A DNA stretch of 54,650 nt, taken from Chlamydiota bacterium. GTDB taxonomy: Bacteria > Chlamydiota > Chlamydiia > Chlamydiales > SM23-39. Position numbers and translations under genes: made by a program. How positions within the stretch are numbered: position 1 is the stretch's first letter; each line of letters begins with the position of its first letter. The notes under the pieces are model-generated. The model was not told the DNA's origin and made no database searches. It was given only the letters and a program-made list of their open reading frames with translations. Where the stretch lies: the NCBI GenBank assembly GCA_016219355.1, contig JACRNF010000029.1:1-54650 (forward strand), read 5' to 3'. Shown one piece after another: positions 39,210 to 49,756 of the stretch.

Positions 39210-40799
39210 TTACTTTGGATCAGCTTGACTTAAAATTTCTACAAGAGCCGGGTTAGGTTTAGACTCTTTCAGCACTAATTTTAAGGCCTTTTCTCTATAA
39301 TGAGCGCCGGCATCAAGTAAAGCCTTTGCAATTTCAGTTCTACCAAAAAGTGCAGCGTACAATAATGCGGTGTAGCCTTGGGTGGTGCCTTTTTGATTAT
39401 TTTGTATATTTACTTGAGCAGAAGCTCTAAGTAAAGCTCTTGCGATTTCCGTATAACCTTGGTTTGCAGCTATCATTAATGCAGTGTATCCATAATTATT
39501 TTGTATATCTACTTGATCAGAAGGGTTAGCTTCAAGTAAAGCTTCCGCAGTTTCTTTTTGCGTAGCATACATTAATGCGGTGTATCCTACATCATTTTGT
39601 ATATTTACTTGAGCAGAAGCTCTAAGTAAAGCTTTTACAACTTCAGTACGACCTTCTCGTGTAGCAATTATTAATGCAGTGTCTTTATAGTTATCTTGAG
39701 CATCTATGTTAACACCTGAATTAAGTATGATTTGTTGAATCAATTCATCTGGCCACTCATGTCTTATACTGATCATTAGAAGTGTTTGTTTATACACGTT
39801 TTGATCTTGTGCATAGTCTAAAATTCGCTTGGTTGATATTTTTTCATCAGAAAAAGCTTGTACCTTTAAAAGCACCTCAAGTCCATGCAATGAGTCATAT
39901 TTTCTATTCTTTTGCCAACAAATTGGGTCTCTTGACATATAAGAAGGCTGGCCAAATAAATTTTCAAGCTCATCAAATTTTTTTCCATTAAAAAGATGTA
40001 TGGATTTTGTAATAATTAATTTTTCAAATGATGCAAATAAAGATGTTTGATCAAGGGATTTAGGAAGGGAATTTAATAATAATCTATATTGAAACAACAC
40101 CGTTGGGTTCCAATCTATTTCGTTAACAGATTCATTAACGAGTAAGTTGTAATGCATTTGAATTAATTGAATATTCAAAACCGTATCTTTCTCATGACAA
40201 AAAAGAGCCGATTGGTGTTTATCAAAAAAATCAATCAATCCTGAGCTATTCAAATCTTCATTTTGCTCTTGCAGCCGCTCTTGCATTTTTTTAAATTCTT
40301 CTTTATAGGATAACATTTGATCGGTGGTTGCGGTAGTAGAGCAAGTGTTGCTTTCCGCAAAGGGAAAATAAGAAGAGCTCCAGTCGGGCCCTTCCATTAA
40401 ATATTTCTGATCGTATGTTTTAGAGGCAATTGCTGATTCAGTTTTAAAACCGTAAATAATTGCGGATGGGTTTAATGAACGAATTTTCTCTGCTAAAGAG
40501 TCTGGGTTATTATCAGAGTAGCAAGATTCAAGATACACAACAGCATGAGGCGCCAGTGCTAATGATATCTTTTTAGCTACAGTTGTATTATCTATTGGGG
40601 TGCAAGCTTCACATGTGCCAAGGTCAACTTCTGTTCCAGATCCGTGCGCTCTTACAAACAATTTGGTAATGGTATGATCTTTCGGAAGTATATCAAGATC
40701 CCAAATAACAGGTCCTTCAGGATGCAAATGCTTAAATATTGGGTCTTGAGCGTAGTTAGCTCTAGATATTGTTAAGGCGGTGCTTTCTAATGCAGGCAT
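39210..40799 (-). CDS. Paralogue 2: same N-terminal domain + ankyrin repeats
   Basis: LFVRAHGS...VVYLESCYS; ankyrin repeats G.TAL..A...G. Confidence 0.85.
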   Translation of the reverse strand: MPALESTALTISRANYAQDPIFKHLHPEGPVIWDLDILPKDHTITKLFVRAHGSGTEVDLGTCEACTPIDNTTVAKKISLALAPHAVVYLESCYSDNNPDSLAEKIRSLNPSAIIYGFKTESAIASKTYDQKYLMEGPDWSSSYFPFAESNTCSTTATTDQMLSYKEEFKKMQERLQEQNEDLNSSGLIDFFDKHQSALFCHEKDTVLNIQLIQMHYNLLVNESVNEIDWNPTVLFQYRLLLNSLPKSLDQTSLFASFEKLIITKSIHLFNGKKFDELENLFGQPSYMSRDPICWQKNRKYDSLHGLEVLLKVQAFSDEKISTKRILDYAQDQNVYKQTLLMISIRHEWPDELIQQIILNSGVNIDAQDNYKDTALIIATREGRTEVVKALLRASAQVNIQNDVGYTALMYATQKETAEALLEANPSDQVDIQNNYGYTALMIAANQGYTEIARALLRASAQVNIQNNQKGTTQGYTALLYAALFGRTEIAKALLDAGAHYREKALKLVLKESKPNPALVEILSQADPK

Positions 40800-41076
40800 A
40801 AATTCTTGGTTTTATTATAATTAACATTATTAATTATACAATAAATAACAATTAAAATCAAACTTTTTTATATATATTAATATTAAATTTAATAATTAAA
40901 GTTTGTTTTAAATAAAAGCGTTAATTCTTAGTAAATGATTAATGTTCAATCTTTTATCTGTTTGTTCAGAAGGTTAAATCTGGCATTAAGTATTTTTTTA
41001 GTTTTGAGTCAGAGCTTCTGATTTAGAGCTTTTGAAGATATTATCATGGCATTGTCTACTTTGGATCTGGTTAGCT

Positions 41077-43987
41077 TTAAATCTGTACAGGATTCGGGTG
41101 GGATTTTTTTATAATTTTAGTTTTTCTTAGAAAAATTTTGTCTTCTTCTGTATAAATAGCGCCGGAGGCACGCAGATCTTTTACAATTGTTTCGTGTTCA
41201 AAGACTGTAGCGAGTCTTAATGCTGTGCCTTCATCCTCACTTTGTACATTTACTTGAGCAGAAGCTCTAAGTAAAGCTTTTACAATTTCGGTATGGCCCC
41301 CTTTTGCAGCGAGTATTAATGCGGTGGCATTGCGATGATTTTGTAAATCCACTTGAGCAGAGTCAATAGGTAAAGGAATTGCACTGGGATGTAGTAAAGA
41401 ATTTACAACTGATAAATGACCTTTTTCCGCGGCAAGGATTAATGCGGTGTTTCCATTAGTATCTTGAGTATTTAATTTAGCTCCGGCCGCAAGTAAGGCT
41501 TCGACGCTGGTCGCATCTCCCTTTTGTGCTGCATACATTAATGGAGTTTGATGAGTCACATCTTCAGCATTAACATCCGAATAATCTATTAGTTGTTTTA
41601 TCGTTTGAATATCGCAGTGATGTTCAATGCAGATCATTAAAAGAGTTTTGTCATCACTGTATCGCTCATTAAATATTGATGTTCTACATTCGGATGAGGC
41701 TGTCATCGCTTTAATCAAAATATTGCTAACAGCTAAACGGCCTTTTTTTAAGGCCAACATTAATGCAGTATTTCCCTTGTTATTTCGGGCGTCTAAATGA
41801 GCGTTCTTTTCAAGTAAAGCTTCGACAGCAGCTGAATCTCCCATTGTTGCTGCAAACATTAATGGAGTGTTATTATACATATCTACAGTATTAACATCTG
41901 AATAATTTATTAGTTGTTTTATCGTTTGAATATCGCAGTGATGTTCAATGCAGATCATTAAAAGCGTTTTGTTGTCAGTGTATCGTTCATTAAATATTAA
42001 TGTTCTATATTGGGGTGAGTCGATCATTGCTTTAATCAAAATATCCCTAATCGTTAAATTGTATCCTTCTAAGACCAACATTAATGCAGTGTTTTGATTG
42101 TTATTTCGAACATCTAATTTAGCGCCGGCCTCAAGCAATGCTTCTACGGCTTCGGTTTCGCCAGAAAGCGCAGCGGATATTAATGCTGTGTTTCCATCAT
42201 TATCGCGTGCTTCTAATTCGGCGCCGGCTTTAATCAAATCTTTTAGAAGTTCTAAATTTAATATATTTTTTGCGACCGAGATTAATGCTGTGTTTCCATC
42301 ATTATCGCGTGCTTCTAATTCGGCGCCGGCGATAAGCAAATTTTTTACAATTTCCCTGTTGTAATATTGAGCTGCGAGGATTAATGCGGTCTCTCCCTTG
42401 TTATTTTTTATATTTACTTGATCAGAAGCTTCAGCTTCAAGTAAAACTTTTACAATTTCCATTTGACCGGGTGCTGCAAACATTAATGCAGTATTTCCGT
42501 CCTTATTTTGAATGGTTACTTTAGCTGAAGCTCTAAGCAAAGCTTTTGCAGCTTCGGGTTGATGTGATTTTAGTGCGATCGTTAAAGCAGTGTTTTCCTG
42601 GTTATCTTGAGCATCTACTTTAGCGCCGGCTGCAACTAAGACTGCGACAATGTCTGCATTCCCATTTTGTGCTGCAAACATTAATGCGTTTTTTCCATCC
42701 TTATCTTGAGCATCTACTTTAGCGCCGGCTGCAAGCAAGGCTTCGACAATATCTGCATTCCCATTTTGTGCTGCAAACATTAATGCAGTATTTCCGTCCT
42801 TATTTTGAATGTTTACTTTAGCTGAAGCTCTAAGCAAAGCTTTTGCAGCTTCGGGTTGATGTGATTTTAGTGCGATCGTTAAAGCAGTGTTTTCCTGGTT
42901 ATCTTGAGCATCTACTTTAGCGCCGGCTGCAGCTGTTTTTTATGGCGATCATTAAAAGGGTTTCGTTATTCATATTTCGATATTCGGATTTGGAATAGGA
43001 TAAAATTCGCTCATTTGATATCGTTTCATCGGAAAATTTTTGTACATTCAAAAGCAGCTCAAGTCCATAGTTCGAGTCATGTGTTATGTTAGGTTGCCAA
43101 TAAATCGGATCTCTGGATTTAACATAAGGCTTGCCAAATAAACGGTTAATCTTATTAAATTTTTTTTCGTTAAAAAGATGTATGGCTTTTGTAATAATTA
43201 ATTTTTCAAATGATTCGAGTAATGATGTTTGCTGAAGTGATTCAGGAAGGGAATTTAATAATAATTGGTATTGGAACAACACAGCTGGATTCCAATCCAT
43301 TTCATTAATAGATTCATTAACGAGTAAATTATAATGCATTTGAATTAATTGAATAATCAAAATGGTATCTTTCTCATGACAAAAAAGAGCAGATTGATGC
43401 TTATCAAAAAAATCTATCAATCCATAGCTAGTCAAATCTTCATTTAGCTCTTGCAAACACTCTTGCATTTTTTTAAATTCTTCTTCGCATGATAATATTT
43501 GATCGGTATTTGCAGTAGTAGAGCAAGTTTGGCTTTCTGCAAAAGGAAAATGGGATGAGTTCCAGTCATGTCCTTCCATTAAATATTTCTGATCGCATGT
43601 TTTAGAGGCAATTCCTGATTCAGTTTTAAAACCGTAAATAATTGCTGATGGGTTTAATGAAAGAATTTTCTGAGCTAAAGATTTTGGGCTATTATCAGAG
43701 AAGCAAGATTCAAGATACACCACAGCATGAGGAGCTAATGCCAATGATATCTTTTCAGCTACTGTTGTATTATCTATCCAGTTGCCGACTTTGTCTTCAC
43801 ATGTGCCAAGTAAAATTTGCGTTCCTGATCCATGCGCTCTTACGAACAATTTGGTAATAGTATGATCTTTCGGAAGTTTTTTAAGATCCCAAACAACAGG
43901 TCCCTCAGGATGTAAGTGACTAAATGCTGGGTCTGACTTGTAGTTAGCTCTAGATATTGTTAAGGAAGTGATTCCTAATGCAGGCAT
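41077..43987 (-). pseudogene. Paralogue 3, split by a frameshift near 42931 (ORFs 42917-43987 and 41077-42837)
   Basis: The N-terminal domain (RAHGS...YLESCFS) ORF ends IAIKNSCSRR*; ankyrin reading continues in another frame from AAGAKVDAQD. Confidence 0.8.
42471..42931. repeat. 164-bp direct repeat (42471-42634 and 42768-42931), offset 297 bp = 3 ankyrin units
   Basis: One mismatch between the copies by manual comparison. Confidence 0.85.
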
Positions 43988-44287
43988 AAATTTTTGATGC
44001 TATTATTAATAATATTAATTATACCATAAATAACAATTAAAATAAAAAACATTTTGTATATATAGATATTAAATATTAATAATTAAAATTTATTTTTAAA
44101 ATAGAATCGTTAAGTTTTAATAATTAAGCTCTTATCTCTTGCATTCGGAAATTGAATTTAAGAAATATAAACAAAATGATATAGGAATCTGAGGCTAGTA
44201 ATAGATTTTGAGAAAAAATGGCTAAAAATCACAGTTTTTGTGAGAAAGTATCAGTTTTTAACTATTTTCTTGAAAATATAATGATTT

Positions 44288-45856
44288 TTGAGTAAATTAA
44301 AGGAAAACAAGGGTTTTTTAGGAAATATTATGTGGCAAACAGAAATACCTCAGGGCGCCAAAGCTTTAGGTTATAAAAAACTCTTAGAGATTTTTAACTT
44401 GAAGGACATACCTCATTTTTGCTGGTCCTATGCTTCACCAAAATGGGAAAAAAGAAAGCTATATTTTAATGAACAAAATTTGATTCTTAATATTTATCCA
44501 CCTTCTTATCTTTTATCTGACAATATTTTTGACCACCTCGAATTTGCCATAAAACACGAAGGAATTAATTTTTTAATTCTTAAGCAAGTCCTTTTGAAAA
44601 TATCCCCTTCTGAAGTAACCAAATATATCAATCAAAAGACAACGGGAAAATTTGCAAGAATAATATGGTACCTTTATGAAAAGTTCAATAATAAAGAGCT
44701 CCCTTTGCCAAGTCTTGAAAAAGGAACTTATGTTCCGCTTTTAGATCCCAAAGTATATTTCTGTGGCAAATCGATTCGTCATCCAAGACAGAAAATAGCT
44801 GAAAATCTTTTAGGTAGTTTGGATTTTGCGCCCATTGTAAGAAAAACCCCTTCAATTATCGGGTATGAAAAAAAACAGATGGGGAAAATGGCTTATGATT
44901 TGGCAAAACAGTATGATCCTTCCACTTTAGCAAGAGCCATGAGATACTTGTATACAAAAGAAACAATGTCATCTTGGGAAATAGAAAAAGAAAAGCCCGA
45001 CAATGCTAAGTTGGCAAGATTTGTCCAGATTCTTCATAAAGCAGACTCGATAGGAATATTATCTGAAGAAATGTTAATAGAATTGCAAAAAAATATAGTA
45101 GACCCTCGTTTTGCTTTAAATTCATATCGCAATTTTCAAAATTATGTTGGCGAAGAACCCGGCATGGGAAAATTAATTATCCATTATATTCCTCCTAACC
45201 CTGAAGATGTTTCATCGCTTATGAAAAATCTTATCGAGTCATTCAATGTAATGGAAAAATCTGCAATAAATCCCATAATAGCTGCTGCAATACTATCATT
45301 CGGATTTGTATTCATCCATCCTTTTGAAGATGGCAATGGAAGAATACACCGCTTTCTTATTCATTATGCTCTTGCTAGGCTTAAGTTTACACCCGAAGGG
45401 ATTGTATTTCCTATTTCTGCTTGCATTGTTCGCGACATGCGAAATTATGATAAAACACTTGAGACTTTTTCAAAACCTTTAATGCAGCTGATCACAAATT
45501 TTAAGGTAAATGATATTGGAGAAATGAAAGTATCGCAAGATACAGCTGATTTTTATCGGTATATTGATTTTACTCCCTTTGCCGAATATTTATACGAATG
45601 TGTTGATAAAACCATTACAACAGACTTCCACGATGAACTTTCTTTTCTTGCAAGCTATGATAAAATTAAACTTCATTGTAAAGCTATTGTCGACTTGCCT
45701 GATCAACGTTTAGACTTGTTCATTAAATGTGTTCGGCAAAATGGGGGAGCGTTATCTGCAAAAAAAAGAGAAAGCTATTTTGAGATGCTATCTGATGAAG
45801 AGATAAACAAAATGGAAGAGGTAATTAATAAATATTCTAAGATCGAATCTAAATAA
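44288..45856 (+). CDS. Fic-family protein (long form)
   Basis: HPFEDGNGRIHR motif; ETMSSWEIE segment; ATG at 44330 after AGGA is the likely start. Confidence 0.9.
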   Translation: MSKLKENKGFLGNIMWQTEIPQGAKALGYKKLLEIFNLKDIPHFCWSYASPKWEKRKLYFNEQNLILNIYPPSYLLSDNIFDHLEFAIKHEGINFLILKQVLLKISPSEVTKYINQKTTGKFARIIWYLYEKFNNKELPLPSLEKGTYVPLLDPKVYFCGKSIRHPRQKIAENLLGSLDFAPIVRKTPSIIGYEKKQMGKMAYDLAKQYDPSTLARAMRYLYTKETMSSWEIEKEKPDNAKLARFVQILHKADSIGILSEEMLIELQKNIVDPRFALNSYRNFQNYVGEEPGMGKLIIHYIPPNPEDVSSLMKNLIESFNVMEKSAINPIIAAAILSFGFVFIHPFEDGNGRIHRFLIHYALARLKFTPEGIVFPISACIVRDMRNYDKTLETFSKPLMQLITNFKVNDIGEMKVSQDTADFYRYIDFTPFAEYLYECVDKTITTDFHDELSFLASYDKIKLHCKAIVDLPDQRLDLFIKCVRQNGGALSAKKRESYFEMLSDEEINKMEEVINKYSKIESK

Positions 45857-45965
45857 CGGTTTATCGTCTCTTTAAAAAAAAGAGATTACAAAGAAAGTGT
45901 TTTACAAAAAATAAACATCAACTTTATTCTAAAACTCTATTAAAATTTATTTTTTTTAAAGAACT

Positions 45966-46388
45966 ATGGATTTAATCGAAAAAATACGCAAAATCGAAGC
46001 GCTTTTAGCCCAAACTCAAAGTGAAGGAGAGCGCCAAGCGGCTCAACTTGCAAAAGAGCGGCTTCAAGGGAAATTGGAAGCTCGGCCGATTGAATATACC
46101 GTTCGGATGAAAAATATGTGGATGAAAAAACTTTTTGTAGCATTGTGCCAAAAATATCAGCTAAAAACTTATCGTTATGCAAGGCAAAAGTACACGACTT
46201 CGATGGTTTGGGTAAGCTCTTCTTTTATGAATGAGGTATTATGGCCGGAGTATATCAAATATAGCAACATGTTCCAGGATCTTGCCGATCAGATGATGCA
46301 AGATCTTGTCTCAAAGATTCATGATGTCAAAGAGGAAGATGAAGAGATCATTATGGGCGAAATTCCTTCTCAAGCAACTTCTCATTGA
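45966..46388 (+). CDS. Hypothetical protein, DUF2786-like N-terminus
   Basis: IEKIRKIEALL...EGERQAA pattern. Confidence 0.55.
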   Translation: MDLIEKIRKIEALLAQTQSEGERQAAQLAKERLQGKLEARPIEYTVRMKNMWMKKLFVALCQKYQLKTYRYARQKYTTSMVWVSSSFMNEVLWPEYIKYSNMFQDLADQMMQDLVSKIHDVKEEDEEIIMGEIPSQATSH

Positions 46389-46506
46389 GTTTGTTTCAAA
46401 ACCAAAGAAATTGTTTACAACAATGGCGCTTAATTTTATGCTAAAAAAATTACCGAATTATTTATTTTTTTAAAAGAATATAACCGATTAAAAAAAAGGA
46501 AATTTT

Positions 46507-47619
46507 ATGGATATTGGTGTTCCAAAAGAGATTAAAGATCATGAATATAGAGTTGGCGTTACTCCATATGGAGTTAAAGCTTTAGTTGAAGCTGGCCATA
46601 AAGTTCATGTTCAAAAAGGGGCAGGAGAAGTTGTTGGATTTTCTGATAAAATGTATGAAGAATATGGAGCAAAAATTGCCCCAAGCGAAAAAGAAGTTTA
46701 CAAATGTCCTATGGTCATCAAAGTGAAAGAGCCCCAAAGCAAAGAATTTCCTCTTTTGCAAAAAGGGCAGGTTTTATTTTGCTATCTACATTTGGCCCCA
46801 GATCCGGAACAAACCAAGCATCTTTTAAAACAAGGAGTGGTTGGCATTGCATATGAAACAATCACCGATCAGAATAATAGATTGCCTCTATTAGTCCCAA
46901 TGAGCGAAATGGCCGGAAGACTTTCTGTTGTTATGGGCAATACTTTCCTTCAATTAAAATATGGCGGAAGAGGAGTTTTCTTAGGGGGCATTCCCGGAGT
47001 TTCTCCTGCCAATGTAATTGTTCTAGGTGGAGGCATTGTAGGAACCGAAGCTGCCAGAATGGCTATGGGCCTTGGCGCTAATGTCACCATTTTTGATAAA
47101 AATTTAACCCGCTTAAGAGAGCTTGATTATCTTTTTGGACCGCTTTTAAAAACTAGATATGCTAATCCAGTCGAAATGGAAGAGGCTATTTATGAAGCTG
47201 ATCTTGTTGTTGGTGCAGTTTTATTGCCGGGCGGTAAAGCTCCTGTGCTTATTAAAAAAAGAATGCTAAAGAAAATGAGAAAAGGATCAGTCATTGTCGA
47301 TGTGGCGATTGATCAAGGGGGCTGCTGCGAAACTTCCCGTCCAACATCTCATTCCGATCCTATTTTTATAGAAGATGGGGTAATCCATTATTGCGTAACC
47401 AATATGCCTTCAGCTTGCGCAAGAACCGCAACGCTTGGGTTAACCAACGCAACCCTTCCTTTTGCATTGAATATTGCTAACATGGGATATAAATTGGCCC
47501 TAATGAAAGATCCGCATCTTTTAAATGGATTAAACGTTTGTGAAGGTCATGTGACCAATCAAAATGTAGCTCAAGATCTGGGTTATGCTTACGTTGATCC
47601 CAAAACCCTACTAGCTTAA
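46507..47619 (+). CDS. ald: Alanine dehydrogenase
   Basis: IGVPKEIKDHEYRV, KVKEP, YLHLA, DVAIDQGG, NMP. Confidence 0.97.
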   Translation: MDIGVPKEIKDHEYRVGVTPYGVKALVEAGHKVHVQKGAGEVVGFSDKMYEEYGAKIAPSEKEVYKCPMVIKVKEPQSKEFPLLQKGQVLFCYLHLAPDPEQTKHLLKQGVVGIAYETITDQNNRLPLLVPMSEMAGRLSVVMGNTFLQLKYGGRGVFLGGIPGVSPANVIVLGGGIVGTEAARMAMGLGANVTIFDKNLTRLRELDYLFGPLLKTRYANPVEMEEAIYEADLVVGAVLLPGGKAPVLIKKRMLKKMRKGSVIVDVAIDQGGCCETSRPTSHSDPIFIEDGVIHYCVTNMPSACARTATLGLTNATLPFALNIANMGYKLALMKDPHLLNGLNVCEGHVTNQNVAQDLGYAYVDPKTLLA

Positions 47620-47629
47620 GGAGAAAAAA

Positions 47630-49111
47630 ATGTCCTATCTGCAAAATTATTTGAAGAAAACTCCTTTGGAAAAACAAAAGTCCGGCGCTATCGCTTTTTT
47701 AGCTTCTTTAGATAATATTAAGGATAGTTTTGCGGATATTGCAAACGATATCGTACAAGAGTTAAAAGATCAAAGGTCCCATTTAAAATTGATCGCTTCG
47801 GAAAATTATTCTTCTTTAGCGGTCCAGCAAGCAATGGGCAATCTTTTAACTGACAAATACAGTGAAGGTTATGTTGGCCATCGATTTTATGCCGGCTGCG
47901 AAAATGTTGACGCCATAGAATTTTTGGCCAATGATCTGGCTAAAAAGTTATTTAAGGCAGAGCATGCATATGTTCAGCCTCATTCGGGCTCGGATGCCAA
48001 TATGGTCGCCTTTTGGTCCATTTTGATTAAACAAATACAAGATAAAGAGGTGGAAAAGCTCCAAAAGAAGACTGTGATGGAGTTAACGCCTAAAGAGTAT
48101 GAGAAAATTAGACTCATCATGATGAAACAAAAGATCATGGGGATGTCGTTAAATTCCGGAGGACATCTCTCTCACGGGTTTCGTTCAAATATCTCTGCCA
48201 AAATGATGCAGGCCGTTAATTATGAGGTTGACCCTAAAACTAATCTTATCGATTATGCTGCTTTACAAAAACAGGTTAAAAAAGAAAAACCGCTGATTTT
48301 ATTGGCAGGCTATTCAGCCTATTCCAGGTTAATCGATTTTTCTATAATGAAAGAGATCGCAGATAGCGTTAAAGCTGTTTTAATGGTCGATATGGCCCAT
48401 TTTGCCGGCCTTGTGGCAGGTAAAGTGCTTCAAGGAAATTTTGATCCCCTTCCTTTTGCCGATATTGTAACCTCTACCACTCATAAAACTCTAAGAGGTC
48501 CAAGAGGTGGACTCATTTTATGTAAAAATGAATTTAAAGAAGTTATTGACAAAGGCTGTCCTTTAGTTTTGGGCGGTCCGATTCCTAATGCCATGGCAGC
48601 TAAGGCTATTGCTTTTAAAGAAGCTCTTAGCCCTAATTTTGCCACCTACGCCCACCAAATTGTGAAAAATTCTCAAAGGCTTGCAAAAAGGCTGATGGAT
48701 CAAAATGTCAAGGTGCTTACTAACGGCACCGACAATCATTTGATTGTTATCGATGTTGCCTCATCATTTAATCTTAACGGACGCCAAGCTGAAAAAGCTT
48801 TAAGACTTGCCAAGCTTACCGTGAATCGCAACTCCATTCCTCAAGATATTAACGGACCTTGGTATACTTCAGGTGTTAGATTGGGAACTCCGGCTACGAC
48901 CACTTTAGGTATGAAAGAAGAAGAAATGGATAAAATTGGCGACTTTATCGTTGAGATCTTAAAAAACACTAAGCCAGGTATTGATCCTAAAACCAATCAA
49001 AAATCAAAAACCGAGATTGAAGTGGATAAGAAAGTTTTGGATAGAGTTTCTTTACAAGTAAAAGAACTTTTATCCCATTTTCCTCTATATCCGGAACTAA
49101 TCGTTGATTAA
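47630..49111 (+). CDS. glyA: Serine hydroxymethyltransferase (long chlamydial/actinobacterial type)
   Basis: LIASEN, GGHLSHG, DMAHFAGL, STTHKTLRGPRGG. Confidence 0.97.
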   Translation: MSYLQNYLKKTPLEKQKSGAIAFLASLDNIKDSFADIANDIVQELKDQRSHLKLIASENYSSLAVQQAMGNLLTDKYSEGYVGHRFYAGCENVDAIEFLANDLAKKLFKAEHAYVQPHSGSDANMVAFWSILIKQIQDKEVEKLQKKTVMELTPKEYEKIRLIMMKQKIMGMSLNSGGHLSHGFRSNISAKMMQAVNYEVDPKTNLIDYAALQKQVKKEKPLILLAGYSAYSRLIDFSIMKEIADSVKAVLMVDMAHFAGLVAGKVLQGNFDPLPFADIVTSTTHKTLRGPRGGLILCKNEFKEVIDKGCPLVLGGPIPNAMAAKAIAFKEALSPNFATYAHQIVKNSQRLAKRLMDQNVKVLTNGTDNHLIVIDVASSFNLNGRQAEKALRLAKLTVNRNSIPQDINGPWYTSGVRLGTPATTTLGMKEEEMDKIGDFIVEILKNTKPGIDPKTNQKSKTEIEVDKKVLDRVSLQVKELLSHFPLYPELIVD

Positions 49112-49165
49112 CCGCTTTAAAAAAAAACCTCTTGTTTGTAAGCTAGGGAAAAAGGGAGAACAGAA

Positions 49166-49756
49166 ATGGTAGGCGAAGAACATAACGTCAAAGATAAATT
49201 AGAAGATAAATTAGAGACTGCAATTTTAGAAAGAAGAAGAATTTTTCTATCGGACGCAGTTGATCAAGACACTGCTAAATCAATAATTCGAAGGCTTTGG
49301 TATTTAGATTGGCAAGATCCTAAAAAACCAATTTTATTTATTATTAACTCTCCTGGAGGTTCAGTCGATTCCGGCTTTGCAATTTGGGATCAGATCAAAA
49401 TGCTTAGCGCTCCGGTATATACTTTAGTTACTGGGCTTGCTGCTTCTATGGGCTCACTTTTAAGCCTTGCGGCTGCAAAAGGAAAAAGATTTGCCACTAC
49501 CCATTCTAGAATCATGATCCACCAGCCTTTGATTTCAGGAGTAATTAAAGGCCAAGCAACCGATTTGGACATCCAAGCCCAAGAAATGCTAAAAACTAGA
49601 GAATTGATTGTGGATATTTACTCAGACGCTACCGGCAAAACAAAAGAAGAGATCCATAAAGCGATTAATCGAGATAACTGGATGTCGGCAGATGAGGCTC
49701 AAAAATTTGGTTTGGTCGATCAAGTTGTGACTTCTTATAACGATATCGAGAAATGA
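49166..49756 (+). CDS. clpP: ATP-dependent Clp protease proteolytic subunit
   Basis: INSPGG, AASMG (Ser), MIHQP (His), RD.WMSA. Confidence 0.96.
   Translation: MVGEEHNVKDKLEDKLETAILERRRIFLSDAVDQDTAKSIIRRLWYLDWQDPKKPILFIINSPGGSVDSGFAIWDQIKMLSAPVYTLVTGLAASMGSLLSLAAAKGKRFATTHSRIMIHQPLISGVIKGQATDLDIQAQEMLKTRELIVDIYSDATGKTKEEIHKAINRDNWMSADEAQKFGLVDQVVTSYNDIEK

Noticed and set aside
36472-43987. Diversity-generating retroelement acting on the ankyrin repeats
   Set aside because: No reverse transcriptase in the window, and the repeat differences are not visibly adenine-specific
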